Source of the DNA: Octopus bimaculoides
Taxonomy: Eukaryota
Direction of reading: 5' to 3'
Assembly: GCF_001194135.2 (NCBI RefSeq)
Contig: NC_068984.1
Coordinates: 20,869,117-20,933,116 of the forward strand
DNA length: 64,000 nucleotides
Positions 1 through 14,030 of the stretch are shown here, piece by piece. The notes under the pieces are model-generated. The model searched no databases and had not been told where the DNA came from. It was given only the letters and a program-made list of their open reading frames with translations. The position numbers and the translations under genes are program-made. How positions within the stretch are numbered: the stretch's first letter is position 1; each line of letters starts with the position of its first letter.

Positions 1-207
1 ACAACAGCCAAATCTCCCTTAAATCACACAAAGTAAACGGAATTTAAAAAATCTAATTACTGCACTGGAAAGTTCAGATCGAGAAAATTCCATTGATGTA
101 AAAATTTTTACGAAAAAGTGGAAAATGTGGATTTCTATAAACTTTTAAAAAGGCTTCACACAGACACACAATTTCAGCTTTATATATTAAGATTACGTAG
201 TTGTGCA

Positions 208-275
<68 letters not shown>

Positions 276-1249
276 CATACATACATACATACATACATAC
301 ATACATACATACATGTACACACACACACACACATGTATATATGATGGGCTTTCGTTGTCTCTCTCTCTCTCTCTCTCTCTCACGTACATGGAAACTTGCA
401 AATACACATTCATTTCACATCTATATGCGTGTAGACAGCTGTACATACTTGCACCCATCCTTTTACGCATGCACAGGCATGCAGAAACATACACATACAT
501 GCATGTACACGTACACGTACACGTATATGTGTACATGCATGTACACATATGCAAGCTAGATTCAACTAGTCACACAAATTCACAGGTATCCGTTGTATAA
601 AAACATTAAAAGCTACATATAAAGCATACACATAGAAAATGCATGTTAAAAAGTATTCTCGATAGAGGAGAAAGCGGAGAAAACGGGAGAGTAAGCTGGG
701 ATCTGGACAGAGAGAGAACAAGAGAGAGAGAGGGGGGACAAGAGGGAGAGAAAGAGCGTGATAGAGAGAAAGAGAGCAAGTGCGAGAAAGAGACGAATAT
801 ATAAAGTGTAAAAGTAAAGAAAGCTGTAAGAATAAGTAAATTCTCTGAGACAATGGGGGAAGACAACAAAAGAATGGTTGGATTGAGGGAAGTGAAATGA
901 AGCAGTAAAAATGAAAAGTGGAAGGAAAATGAGAGAAAATTGATGAAGAAGATTTGTATCTATATAATGACATCTAATGAATACATGTTTTGGTTTATTA
1001 ATGTCATAGGTGATACGCATAACTAGTTGTACATACACATCTGTTTGCATACATGTGCAGATAGATTTAAGGTCAGCCGTCACTTGCAGGCGAGAGTGAC
1101 GTAGTTACTTGCAACGCACTTTCACTAATTGTGTTAGGGTGTCTATATCTACTGACGACAGAATATTGTCGTCAATAGACATAGACACCTTCTCGAAATT
1201 CCCACCCTTGACACCTGCATATTATCAAGAATATGACAGGTGGAAAGAA

Positions 1250-1420
1250 ATAGAGCTGCACCGACAGTCGGCTGGTGTTCGTTTTCAACTGAGTTAGTTT
1301 GAGCAACATGAAACGATGTGTCTTGCATTAAAAAAAGCCCGACTCACCGCGCCCGTTTAAGACACGAACCACAATTTTATGACTGTGAGTCGAATACTCT
1401 AGCCATTAGGCCCCGTGTCT
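1250..1420 (-). mobile_element. tRNA-derived SINE, degenerate
   Basis: Minus strand reads GGGGCCTAATGGCTAGAG (A-box-like) ... GTGGTTCGTGTCTT (B-box-like); layout resembles the heads at 27083 and 46548. Boundaries approximate. Confidence 0.55.
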
Positions 1421-2281
1421 TTATTTCTCAGATTCATGTACAGCAGCCACACACGCGCGCGCACCCACACACAACATAACACAACACGTATACGTAGGCA
1501 TGCATATGTATACGCGTGTGTGTGTGTGTGTGTGAACACATACAGATACATGCTCATATAATGATAATAACACATTTAGGGATTATACATAAAGCGGTTT
1601 CATATCTAGAACTTGACAAAATGTCAAGACATTCACTTAGGGCGGGTTGTGTTTGCTCATTTGACGATTCATGTCAGGATATGAATATTACTTCAGGAAT
1701 ATTACTTCAGGATATGAAACTTAAAGTTACAATGTGTGATCACTAAGAGTATTACAATCATGAAAAAGCAGAGGTATGCAAATTAGACTATCCTCTAACA
1801 TGCTATCTGAGTTACTGATTGCTTTATAGAGACGCTGACCTCTGTTACTGTTTGCGGAAAGAAGCCAAGTACGTCTTCTCTGAGGAACGATCAACAAATT
1901 GTGAAATAGCCCGCTAAGAGACTTCCTCATATTAGTAGAGAAAGAGAGAAAGAAAAAGAGGGAGAGAGAGGAGGAGAGAGAAAGAGAAAATGAGAGAGAT
2001 AGAAGAAAAGAGAGATTATATATAATGAAGACGAATTACCTAAAGTAATTTAAACGGAAAAGAGCTAAGAGAAATAACTCAGTAACACTCCCACCAACAA
2101 CAATGACGCGAACAAAGCCATCAAAGATAAATTGTTGATTTATTGAAATTATTTCCACGCGTAGAGAAAGTAATCTCAAGAATAAAGAATTCTCTAATAT
2201 AGATACAGTATTAAGAAAAAGACATGAGGACCGTTGTGGACATATTGCATATTCATTCATTCATACTAACTACACATATAC

Positions 2282-2732
2282 ATAAAATAAAAAAAGTATG
2301 GAGTATATGGCATAACGTTTATTCCATGGTTTACAATTGTTTCAACAACTTGAAGTGCCCAATAACACATCATGTCTATAGACAATGGTGACAACGACGA
2401 TTTAGACAGCATTTATGTAATATTTATTACATAATAACAGCGACAGTTGTTTCTTCAGAACCGATTGAATAAGGTAATATAGGGAATCATTTAGTTGCTT
2501 ATTTAGGCGACCAACCAAATAATTCTTTGTACTACTTTATTCAATCGGTTCTGAAGAGACAACCGTCGCTGCTATAATGCAATATGTATTACAAACAATG
2601 CGTGACTAAATCGTCGTTACCATCAATTCTGTGGACATGATGTATAATTGGTTACTTCAAGTTGTTGAAACAATTGTAAACTATGGAATAAACGTGATAC
2701 CATAAATTCCATTCTTCACTTATTTTATTTAT
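2282..2732. repeat. Foldback/MITE-like long imperfect inverted repeat (~200-bp arms, ~55-bp loop)
   Basis: 2282-2478 is the reverse complement of 2533-2732, e.g. TTTACAATTGTTTCAACAACTTGAAGT and TCTTCAGAACCGATTGAATAA occur in opposite orientation. Confidence 0.85.
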
Positions 2733-3232
2733 AGTCTACAACAAAATTAAACCTTAGGGATTTTCTGTTTGTTCGAAACCGGAGTTTCCACGGCAGAAAT
2801 GTTCCTTTATACAGCTTCACATAGCTACTGGTAGTTTAGTGTTTCTTGTGTTNNNNNNNNNNNNNNNNNNNNNNNNNNNNNNNNNNNNNNNNNNNNNNNN
2901 NNNNNNNNNNNNNNNNNNNNNNNNNNNNNNNNNNNNNNNNNNNNNNNNNNNNNNNNNNNNNNNNNNNNNNNNNNNNNNNNNNNNNNNNNNNNNNNNNNNN
3001 NNNNNNNNNNNNNNNNNNNNNNNNNNNNNNNNNNNNNNNNNNNNNNNNNNNNNNNNNNNNNNNNNNNNNNNNNNNNNNNNNNNNNNNNNNNNNNNNNNNN
3101 NNNNNNNNNNNNNNNNNNNNNNNNNNNNNNNNNNNNNNNNNNNNNNNNNNNNNNNTACACCCACATCCATACACTCCCACTCACGCGCAACACCTACATC
3201 CATACACTCCCACTCACGCGCAACACACACAT

Positions 3233-3279
<47 letters not shown>

Positions 3280-3360
3280 CTCTATCTCTCACACACACAC
3301 ACACACACTCTCTCTCTCACACACACACTCTGCTCTCTCTCGCTGTCTTTCTCTTTCTTC

Positions 3361-3401
<41 letters not shown>

Positions 3402-3523
3402 GACATGGTCATATCGAATTACATAAACAGCATTGCATAGTTTTACTGAGTACATACACTAAACAGTAAGGGCATTGTTCAATGCTGTACAGCAGCAACA
3501 ACAACAACAACAACAACAACAAA

Positions 3524-3569
<46 letters not shown>

Positions 3570-3959
3570 GTTGCTGCTGCAGCTGCTTCCACCACCACCA
3601 CCACCACCATCACCACCACCGCTACTACCTGCTGCTGCTTTTATGATAACCGTTTGAGTCGACGACGGAGCCATTAATTTTTGAACTTGCTGGAAGGAGT
3701 AGCCAAATCATCATCAACTTCTGCACTCTGCAGTTATGCATATATATAGTGGTCACTGCTATACAAAAAGATGTGATGGTCACGGCTGAAATGCTTTTCA
3801 TCATATGACTGCGAGGTAATTTTCTGTAAATCAGCGTTTTCAGCTAAGCTTACAAGACTTGTCGGAACTATGGTAAGCCAGTTTGATATTACTGTTCATA
3901 TATTTCTTTTTTTTTTCAAATGTATAGGTGAGTAATCTTCTGTAGAATGTCAACAGACA

Positions 3960-4115
3960 TGGCTGCGAGGTTAAGAAGCTTGCTTTGCAGCCACGTGGTT
4001 TTGGATTAGTTCTACTGTACGGCACTTTGGGCAAGTGTCGTCTACTACATCCCGGTCCGACCAAACTTTGTGAATAAATTTGGTGGACGGAAACTGTGTA
4101 GAAGCTCGTTGTATA
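3960..4115 (+). mobile_element. Octopus-type SINE family B (AAGAAGCTTGCTT...GGCACTTTGGGCAAGTGTC...GGAAACTG), representative copy
   Basis: Same sequence recurs at ~10115-10225, 14845-15000, 54050-54205(-). An associated tail module (CGCTTGACAAC...GATAGAATAAGTAC...GACTGAAAC) recurs at 15170-15250, 29660-29805(-), 35335-35500, 47600-47815, 53850-54030(-). Confidence 0.75.
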
Positions 4116-4239
4116 TATGTATATATATATATATATATACGCGCGTGTGTGTATGTATGTATGTATGTATGTATGTATGTATGTATGTATGTAGGTAGGT
4201 AGGTAGATGCTAAAAACGTTAACAATGCCAGAAAGCAGT

Positions 4240-5230
4240 TGGAGTTAATGACATCATTTTCAGTTGACATAGAAATGAAATTTCACCTGAAGAAATGCTC
4301 ATATTTGATTGTTGACCATGGGAAAACAGTCCTCCAGACCCAAAACCTGTGCATCAACGACCTCACTATCTCTCCTCTTCCACACAAAGAATGCTACAAA
4401 TACCTAGGCACTTAATTTATCGACCCCAAAAGGATGAAAGGCAAAGTCGGCCTCGGTGGAATTTGAACTCAGAACGTAAAGACAGACGAAATACGGCTAA
4501 GTATTTCGCCCGGCGTGTGATTAAAGGTAGAATGACCTGCGAATAATGCACCAAACTTAGAAAAATATGGCAGTCGGAAATCTCCTGTTACAACAAATCA
4601 GTATTCCACAATGCATTTACAGTACTAATGCTGATTCCAAGACGTGAGATATTTCACTGATCTGTAAAAAAAAAATCCACTCCTTACATATTAAAACTCT
4701 CAAGGTCCTGACATGAATTGGAAACTTCCAAAGAAACAGTGACATTGACAAGCTCTACCCAAGAAAAGACGAAAGACAATACCCGCTTAACAACAGCAGC
4801 AAAAATAAATTCATAAACTTAGTGCTGAAAAGTGAAAAGAACATCTTATGTGTCAGCAGTGAGCTCCCCAGGAAGAACTCTCTCCTTGATGACCTCCCAT
4901 ATAGTCCCAAATCAGCCGGACTAAAAGACCTGGAACTGAAAAGCTCAACGTAGCAAAAAATAAAATAAAATACAATTAAAAGAATAATATAAAAAATGGA
5001 CTATGCATAGCTATATTTGCTGTGGACTCGCAATCGCTGCATAACATCACATTTTGGAGGCTATGCTTTTGTAATCCAAGAGATTGCTGCGAAATACCTA
5101 GTAAACAAAAGAGTCAGTGAAGTTCTTGGAGCCCGCAGATGCAACAGAAAATGTAGATTATGCTGTCTTTTTTGGGAAAAACATCACACATATGATTAGA
5201 AGATGCTACATTATTTTATCTATCCCAAAA
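4240..5230 (+). pseudogene. R4/Dong-like (RLE-clade) non-LTR retrotransposon RT fragment, degenerate, interrupted by a SINE at ~4390-4520
   Basis: Translates as FSVDIEMKFHLKKCSYLIVDHGK...ECYKYLG, then after the SINE KIWQSEISCYNK..HNAF and SDIDKLYPRK, matching the post-YxDD region typical of R4-like RTs; stops and frameshifts. Confidence 0.75.
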
Positions 5231-5809
5231 GGGTGAAAAACAGAGTTGACCTTAGTAGGATTTAAACACAACGCAAAGAGACAGAGCAAACACGGCGAAG
5301 TATTTATTCCGGTTCTTTATGAGATTTTTGCTTTCTATTCCTTCGTGGGTGATTAAATAAAGTACCAATCAGATATACTGGGATCGATGGTACCAACCTA
5401 CCTGCTCCCCTTAAGACTACTTTTCTTGTGCCTAAATTAAGTAGAAACCAGGTAATGTTAATAATTATATAAATAACAGGCAATCATTTTAATTTACTTT
5501 AACTAATTAAAGGCTGAATATCTAAAGAAGTATTGATCCTATTGGATATCTTGCTGTGCACCTTCAAGGAGACAGTCAGGCAGTCATTGCAATAAGGTGA
5601 CAGAACACATGAGCAAATGTCTGAGTATATTTTTGAAAGCCCACCAAAAAATAAACTACCAATAGTCAACGAGAGAATCTCTACGTGGTCGCTCAACTAG
5701 TCAGAAATAACCAAATCTCTCCCCCATCCCAATTACTCTCTGTCTCCCCTTAGAATATAAACACAGATTGGCTGATGTAGTCCTAGGCGAAATGATTACC
5801 AGTGGAATA

Positions 5810-5985
5810 TCACCGATCATGGGTCATCTTCGTCGATGCTAACTCAAGGCTAAACAACAACGAAATTGTAACGAAAATTTGTTTTAAAAAAAAGGAAGAA
5901 AAAAAATCCACGGGATTGTAATTAATAAAAGAACGCAATGCATGTATGGCTGCTTCAGTTCCATTTCTGAGTGACAAAACGCATT
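5810..5985 (-). pseudogene. Possible CRE/NeSL-like RT fragment
   Basis: GTEAAIHALRSFIN resembles the GxEAAxHAxR segment of CRE-like RTs; very short and decayed. Confidence 0.35.
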
Positions 5986-8261
5986 TAATGAGGATATAAA
6001 TAATGGACACGTTGTATTTTAAGCAAATGTGCATGCCATATTTAGACAACAAGTTTTATTGTGTTGCCAACAACTATTGGTCGTATGTTCCCATTCTTCC
6101 TTTTTGTTTTATGGTAGAAGAATAGGAAGTATTGTTATTGTTACGATTTGTTTTCACTGCGTAACCTTGTCTATGTTCAGAGTTTTATTTCGTTTTGTAT
6201 ACTTTTATTGTATTGAAAGTACTCTACATAATATATATGCAGTGCTTAGTGTGATGTTTTCTGGGCAATGTTTTTGTCTCTAAGTTGTACAGTTTAGGTT
6301 ATATATTTATCTGTATATCTTTTTATCCCCCTGCATGCACTTACAATAAACTTCCCAAATAATGGCAAACTCTGGGATTCGAGATGTCGTTGTTGTGAAC
6401 ATTTTAACATGCATTCATTAAGTAAATAAAGAGGGTACGGTAAATAAGAAATAAAGATAAAGTATAATGAATACCACTGTATTAGCTCAGTGCAGAATAA
6501 ACAATTTGCGAAAGGAAAAAAAAAAAAAAAAAGCAACGGAAGCAGACATAACAAATTAGCACATTGCCAGCAGCTTTCACTTAAAATTTGAACTCTTTTT
6601 GCCACTAAGCAACTCCTTGACGAAACCGCATTTTACTACCACGAAGCACGTCTTACACATCTCTGTTACACATATCAGAAGTACAAGAAATAAATATAGA
6701 CGAGAAACATCACATGACATAGCACTCCACCCAACATAACTACAGTTAACCTGACAGGTAGATCCTTTTCCCACGTAGTAAACACTTTTACAGATTCTAT
6801 AAAATACTTAAAAGGAATATCATATAATTATCACGCTCTACTTCACCGAATTTTCCACACACCCTAACTTCTTGTAACATATACAAACTCAGCTCTACAA
6901 ACTAACAATGCTAACTAATTGCGTAAATCCTAAACTTGCTCTTGAATTCCAAATACATAGTCAGAGATATAGTTTACCAATGCAATTTTACCTTCAATAA
7001 CTCAATGAACACATATATAGTGTTAACTTCTACTCCGTTGAAATCACGTTATAAATCAAGTTACACCCACCCATTCAAAGAACCCTTACAGAAAAATAAA
7101 ATGAGATATTTAGCTAAGTACCTCAAATATAGTAAATTCAACCCCCCCCCCTGGGGTCGACATTACATTTCATCCTTTCCGAGTCTACAGTAAAATGCTT
7201 TACTTCATCTAAACAGCTATAGCCTCTCCAAAATATCCACCCTTGTGAGTACAAAATGCTTGACATTATTGTGCGTCTTTCGTGCGAAACGTCTTTCTGC
7301 AGCTCGTCTCCATAGACCTAGATGCAACCGTATACCTTGATTAGACGTTTGGCATCTAGAATGGTCCCTTTCAATCATTGCAGACCTGGAGTTAAATAAT
7401 CACCACAACAAAGCTTGAAGGACGAGAGAGTAGGACTGGTTTTGCACAAACCACGCGCACTATAATAATAAAGTCCTTCTGCATATTGTGTAATTTACTG
7501 AACGTTTAAAAAAAAGCTAACAGAGTAAATTCCTACAAGAGATCCTACAGGGACCCTAAGAAAGACATGTACAATTTTATTTAATCAATATCTGGCATCC
7601 CCTGCGGCTCCATGGATGCTGCAAACGTATTGACTCGTCTTTCCTTCGTGGCATATTCATGAGTGGACAGGTGGTAATTGTAGTTGGGGCAAGGCATTCA
7701 GTTCTGGAAACAGCCCTGGTACAACAGAGTTTGTTAAGTTACGATGAAAAGGCCAACCATGTTACTGTGTTGGTTGTCATCGCTGTTGCGGTAACTGATA
7801 TTCTTGGTTTTATTTTTGTTTTTACTACTGTTCTTACTGATATTGATACTTTGGTCGTCAACCCTCAGCTAGCAGATCAACAACCGAATGCATTCCGTCC
7901 GTTGTCATCCCAAACTTTCCCTATACACAGAAAACTCAGAACCACATTATCTAAGATATCCTTCTATAAGACAGTGGAGCGTGATTTGAAGAAGATTTGG
8001 GTGCCACCCGCTGAGGCAAATGTCTTCCATCGTAGACACGAGTGTCCAATAACCTTGCAGATGAAATGTAGTAAACAGAAGCTGTACGGAAGCCTGTCTT
8101 GAAAGTCCTTCTTTTCCGGTCGTTCCATTTATATTGACTTTGGTCATAGCTCTGACTAACATGCAACTACTAATACTTGTGATGGTAGCGGTAGTGTTGA
8201 GGATGGTGGTGGTGGTGGTGGCGGTAGTATTAGTTGTAGCAGCAGCAGCAGTAGTATTATT

Positions 8262-8866
8262 ATTATTGTTCAGTAGTTTTATTTTTATAACGTGCTTTCA
8301 CTTCACTACCGAGCGCAGCTCTGTGCGCCTTGGGTATGTGCTGTGGTTTGCTGTGGTGCTCTTATGTTTACTGTATTGAAAGTGTTTTGCGTAGAATGTG
8401 TGCAGTACCCAGTAGTGCAATTTTCTGTATGTTATATATATTTGTAAGTCCTGGTATTTTTGTTATGTATTTGTCTGAATATTTTTTTTATTATACCTAA
8501 GCCACCTATGATAGGAATTGTTTCTGTTTTTAGATTCCACATTCGAGTTACCTCTATTTCCAGGTCTTTGTATTTTGAAAGTTTTTCCATTTCTTTTAGA
8601 GAAACGTTGTCATCTGCTGGTATTGATACATCAATTAGAAAGCATTTTTTTTCTTCATGATCTTTGACAACTATGTCTGGTCTATTTGCCTTAATTTCTC
8701 TATCTGTGTGTATTGGCATATCCCAGAGTATGGTTGCTTTCTCGTTTTCTGTGACCTTTTCTGGCGTGTGTTTATACCATCTTTTTTCTGTTGTTATTCC
8801 ATAGTGTTGGCATAGCTTCCAGTGTATATAGGTCCCAGCTCTGTCGTGTCTGTGAATATATTCCTG
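8262..8866 (-). mobile_element. 5'-truncated R4/Dong-like LINE: restriction-like endonuclease domain plus 3' UTR and (AAT)n tail
   Basis: Minus strand EYIHRHD..IHWKLC..WYKHTPEKVTENEKATILWDMPIHTDREIKANRPDIVV..IDVSIP..KLSKYKDLEIEVTRMW..GLG (PD-D..K-KY RLE motifs); one frameshift near the T-run at ~8485, then KIALLGTAHILRKTLSIQ*; (ATT)n on both sides. Confidence 0.9.
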
Positions 8867-8891
8867 TAGGATCTCTTGTAGGAATTTACTC

Positions 8892-8965
<74 letters not shown>

Positions 8966-9391
8966 GTAGTAGTAGTAGTAGTGAATAAATACGTAAATAA
9001 AGCAAACCAGGAGACAATAAACTGAAATCTTTTAGCCTAATTTTGTGTGTGTGTTTGCGGTGGATAAAATCGGTTTGGAAATAACAAATGCCGGTAAAAT
9101 TATTCAGGTTGAGCTTTTAAACAAAGGTCGTTTCATAACAACTGCCGCCATTACCACCACAACCACCTCCACCATTGCAAGTTGTGTCACTACTACCTTC
9201 CACTAACACATACACCCACAACACACACGCACACACACAATGCTATCACACACACACGGAGTACTATAACTTAATTGGAAAATAAAAAATAAAAACTTTC
9301 ACGAAATGAATTAACAAAACATTCACTAAACTATGGTTCAGAGTGTCTGTGTTTTATTTCTAAATTATGTAGAGAATTGTACTGCTGCTGC

Positions 9392-9427
<36 letters not shown>

Positions 9428-12095
9428 GAGGAGGTGGTGGAGGAGGAGGAGGACAATTGTTGGGGTTTTGTTCTAATTGTTGTTTGGTCCAACATTCATC
9501 CGTCTTTACGGTCTGTGTTCAAACTTCACAAAGGTCGGTTTTTGCGTTTTATCCATTCGGAATCGATGAAGCAAGTACCAGTTGTGCACTGGGGTCGATG
9601 TAGTCGACTTAACCCAACACTTAAAACTGCTGGCCTTATACCAAAATTTGAGAACCAGAGAGGGTGGAATGTATTCTCAAACCGGAAACCTGGCCTGAAG
9701 TGGACTTCGCTTAAGGCACTCAAAGTTTCAAGGTGGTTGTGTTAAACCAGGTGACAGTTTGTCTACCGTTTATGGGCAAAAGCGTTCTAACCTGACCACA
9801 CCTCAACAGTATTGTACGTTGGGTGCATGGTATTTTGGCAAATCGATTGACAGCGCAGTGAGGGGTCTTCTGGTTGTGTTTTGTCCCAGGTCAGCTTTAA
9901 TCGTGCAGGTTTGTGGTCAAAGACATCAAATCCATTACCCCACTGTTTTTTGTTTCTTTTTCATACTCTGAATTATATTGTCCGATGAATCCTTCCTTTA
10001 CTTAAGATAACAGAGCGTGATTTGAGGAAGTTTTGGCTGCTGTTTCTTGCCAATCTAGTCTTTGACCATCAGTCAGTGGATCTGGGGACCATACTAACCA
10101 ATATACGTATGTGTTTATGTATGCTTAGAGGTAAGTGTTTTCTACAAGCCTTGAATCTACCCAGGCCTTGTGAACGAGATTCGTTACACAGAAACATTGT
10201 AGAAGCCCGCCGGGTAGATTGTACCAGTAAATTTTAAGGTCCAGCCTTGGCACTCACTGTTACACTGATTCGGCTAAAAAATTGCTTTAAGGTTGCGCAT
10301 GTGTGTAGAGTACTCAATTATAATACAATTAGCAGGTATAATTAGTTGCAACAATCAGAACAATCATTCATCAAAACCGATGCCAGATATATTCATTCAC
10401 ATGTATCTGTATGTACACATGCTCTTTTACACTTATACTCCCTTCACTCAGTAGATTACGGTCATGCTGAGTCACCGCCTTTACAGGTTTAGTTGATCGA
10501 ATCGATCCAAGCATTTTAAAGTTTGGTACTTATTCTAAAGTCTTCTTTTTGTTCAACTTCTTTTTGTTCAACTTTTTGTCAAGCAGTGAGAAACATACAA
10601 AAGGTACGGTAGCCAAGCAGTGAGAAACAAACAAAAACAAAAATGCACACGCTTATGTGATGGGTTAGGGTTAAGGTTAGAAATGAAAGCAATTCGCTGT
10701 AGAAGCTGTCTTGGCTTAAAAATTAAATCGATATAAAGACTTGAAACAATATTAAATTAAAATAACGATGTGTGACATTTGTGCGGTGTATACAAATGCA
10801 GAACAGTGCTAGCTCTAATGTTTTGTCTCAGTGGAACTTAATTCAAGAGACTTAGTGTGTTAAAAACACAAAGTTCGCTCAAGATAACGTCAGGGAATTG
10901 GCAAGACCGATGTTTCGGTCTATTTTTGTCCCTTCAGTGATGAAAATTCTCGAACGTTCTAAGCTATGTCGGAATCTTCATTCCTATATAGAAATCGGTA
11001 AACATAATATTCGCTGATTTGTGTGAAATGTCAGAATGATTTGAAACGTAGAAAAAAATGTGTCTAGTATAAATCAGTTGTCCAGTAAATATTAACGTAG
11101 TATTAAAGACAAAAAAAAAAGGAAAACATCAATCCTGAACTAATGAGAAGTCTGCACTTTCTCCATCCAAATTATAACTTTATACTATAATTGTGATTGC
11201 TGGAGCACTTTATTATGGTTAATAACTGCTTCAGCATCCAATATCGAAAAGTTAGGCCTCACAAAATTAGAAAGGATATAGCTAATTAGATATTATAATT
11301 AGAAAACATTAATGGAACTGTGAAAATATGTAAAACATTCCAGAAATATAGCCTACAATAGACACATATGCATGTATAGATATACGAACATATTTATATG
11401 TACACCTACATTTTTATACATGCAATAGCACACATGCGCACACACGCCTCACAAAATCAGAAAGGGTAGAGAAAACTAAAATATTATAATTACAAACCAT
11501 TAATGGAGCTCTGAAAATATGTTAAACATTCCAGAAACATAGCCTATAATAGACATATCTACACGTATAGACATACAAGCATATTTATATGTACACTACA
11601 TATTTATACATGCGATATCACTTATGCGCACGTACCTACCTACCATTGAAATTCGAATGAAGGAGCCTTGGATCTAGGTTAGAAACTGGCCCTTTCTCTG
11701 TTGGCGAGAAATTAAAAAAAATAAAAGCTAAATAACATACATACAAGCATAACGCACACACACACACACACACACACATACATAATTGCATTTACGAGAA
11801 TGTCTGAAAACGCTGTTTTCTGTAAAAATACATAAGTATACATAAATACACATTTTATAGAGGTATGCAAATTGGTACTGTTCATGTTGTTTTTTTTTGT
11901 TGTTGTTATTATTGCTAACATTGTTGCTGTTGTTGAATTTGCCGAGGGATCCAGATGTTGCCTAGTGGTACAGTTCACTGCAATAGTCTTGTAGTGAAAT
12001 CGGTCAGCTGGAACTGAAAAACGATAACGGATACCCCCATTTTATACTAAAACACCCATTTCTCGTCAATTTACTACTTTGCGAATTTACTCCCG

Positions 12096-12206
<111 letters not shown>

Positions 12207-12250
12207 GTTTTTGTTGTTGTTGTTGTTGTTGTTGTTATTATTTAGCAGGA

Positions 12251-12480
12251 AAAGCGGTGAGCTGGCAGGATCGTTAGCACGCTGGGCAAAATATTTAGCG
12301 GTATTTCGTCCATCTTTACGTTCTGGGATCAAATTCCACCGAGGTCGACTTTGCTTTTCATCCTTTCGGGCTCGATAAATTAAGCACCATTTACCTACTG
12401 GTGTCGATGCAATCGACTATCTCCTACCCCCAAATTTCAGGCCTTGTGCCTATAGCAAAAAGGATTATAATTATTATTAT
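12251..12480 (+). mobile_element. tRNA-derived Octopus-type SINE family A, near full length (representative)
   Basis: GGTGAGCTGGCAGGATCGTTAG head, GATCAAATTCC B-box-like segment, CCTTGTGCC end and (ATT)n tail. Other copies at ~4390(-), 5280, 9490, 21735, 21850, 23790, 24085(-), 32075(-), 36285(-), 39053, 50340, 54290, 54705, 59054, 59277. Confidence 0.85.
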
Positions 12481-12697
12481 TGACTTACTCGGACGTGTTT
12501 ACATTGACTCTGATGGTTTGTTAAATTTTGTTTGGAAAAAGTTGTTTGTTAGAAATTCTTTTGTTCGGCAGTTAGTTTATACCAGCTTCACTTTGGTAAA
12601 GAATGAAATCACTGAATTGTACCCTAAAAGGCACAACTCTTGTAATTTTATGTCACTCTTGTCTGTTTTTTTGTTGTTGTTTGTTTCGTTCTAAGTT

Positions 12698-14030
12698 ATG
12701 GCAGCACTAACGCCCACAAACTGTTTCAATGAAGAGGTAGCAAGAGAGTCTCGCACCACTACCAGCTTCATTAGAGAGCAGGTAATGGAGAACAACAACA
12801 ATATCATTACCATCATTAATAATGCTAGTGAAGACAGCAGTCTAGTCATGGAAGGGGAGGAGAACGCTACATTGACCATAGTTCAAAGTCCAACAAAGGA
12901 GAGCAGCTGTAACAGCAACAAGACCATCAGCACCTGCGGCGTCAGTTGTAACAAGAGCAACAGCAACAACAGCGTTCGCAAAAGCAGCCGTCAGTGGTAG
13001 TAGCAGCGACGTTGGCAGCAGTAGCGGCGGCAAAACAGCAACAGCAGGAAATAGTGGTTGCAACAACAGCGATAGCAACATTCGGCAGCAGCAGCACTAA
13101 CGTCAATAGCAACAATAAAAGGATTGGAAGCAGCAGATTGGAAAGCAGTAACGGCTGGAGCAGCAGCAGCAAGGGCTGTAACAACACCACGAATAGCAAC
13201 AATACTAAGGTTTCTTTCACTGGGATGGCTGCCACAAAAGACCTTTTTACTCTCTCCTTGGAGGATGAATCTTCATAACGGGCGGATCCAGCTGAATTTA
13301 GGAAAATTGAGGTCGGGTCGGTAGAGCAGAGCTCGTTCCCCATCTCCGAAATTCTTGTTGCAGCTTCTAAGAAACAGTTACTTTCAGATTCACCAGCGTT
13401 AAATCTAGGCGACTGAAAACTCTTCCAGACGCCCAGATTGAAAGGGCTCTCGACGATATATATAGTACGACACCAGCTATACGTCTAGGGTAAGGCAATT
13501 CGGCGGGCTCCTGTTTTATTTAAGACTGAGGCCCTTGCGATCCAATGTTCAGTGACCGCTCGCTGTAGTGAGGATTTTGTTCTCTTCTCTACCTATTTGC
13601 GAGGAAGGGCGGTAAAAATAACTGTACCAGTGATCCCACCAGAATTAAATATTTAATGAATACTTGCTTGCATAGTCCTCGAAGGTAGTAGTACTCTCCT
13701 GGCTGTTTAAAGAACAGTGGGGCTACACTAGCGATACTTCTCTGTGTAAACCTGAGCAGCTGAACAGGTTCTCAGACATGATCTCTCAACCGAAAAGGGC
13801 AGAGCTACATGTTACTGTGGAGGGCAAGCGATCAAGATGCAACATCTGTAGAACAACGAAGTATCTCCGAGCGTTCTTAACTCAACAGCCAAAACAGGAA
13901 AGGCGAAAGTGGGAGATCACTGTTGCAGATATCATCGCTGCTACAACAACAATAACAGTAGCAACAATAACAACTTCAAAACTGTGCAACAGTAGAAGCA
14001 GTAACAATCGTAGTAGCGAGGAAAAATAGG
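12698..14030 (+). pseudogene. Decayed gag/ORF1-like reading frame with degenerate CCHC zinc knuckle
   Basis: Low-complexity N/S-rich start, then frameshifted ETVTFRFTSVKSRRLKTLPDAQIERALDD..GRAVKITVPVIPPEL..VTVEGKRSRCNICRTTKYLRAF (C-x2-C-x4-[H>Y]-x4). Followed by T/S-rich and A/C-rich tails; no RT motifs seen adjacent. Confidence 0.55.

Noticed and set aside
2548-2570. Hammerhead in the foldback arms
   Set aside because: CTGAAGA and stem II are present, but both copies lack GAAA and there is no stem III/UH.
7659-8102. 147-aa plus-strand ORF with a hydrophobic stretch
   Set aside because: No recognisable domain or splice signals; the hydrophobic run derives from a T/G-rich low-complexity tract.
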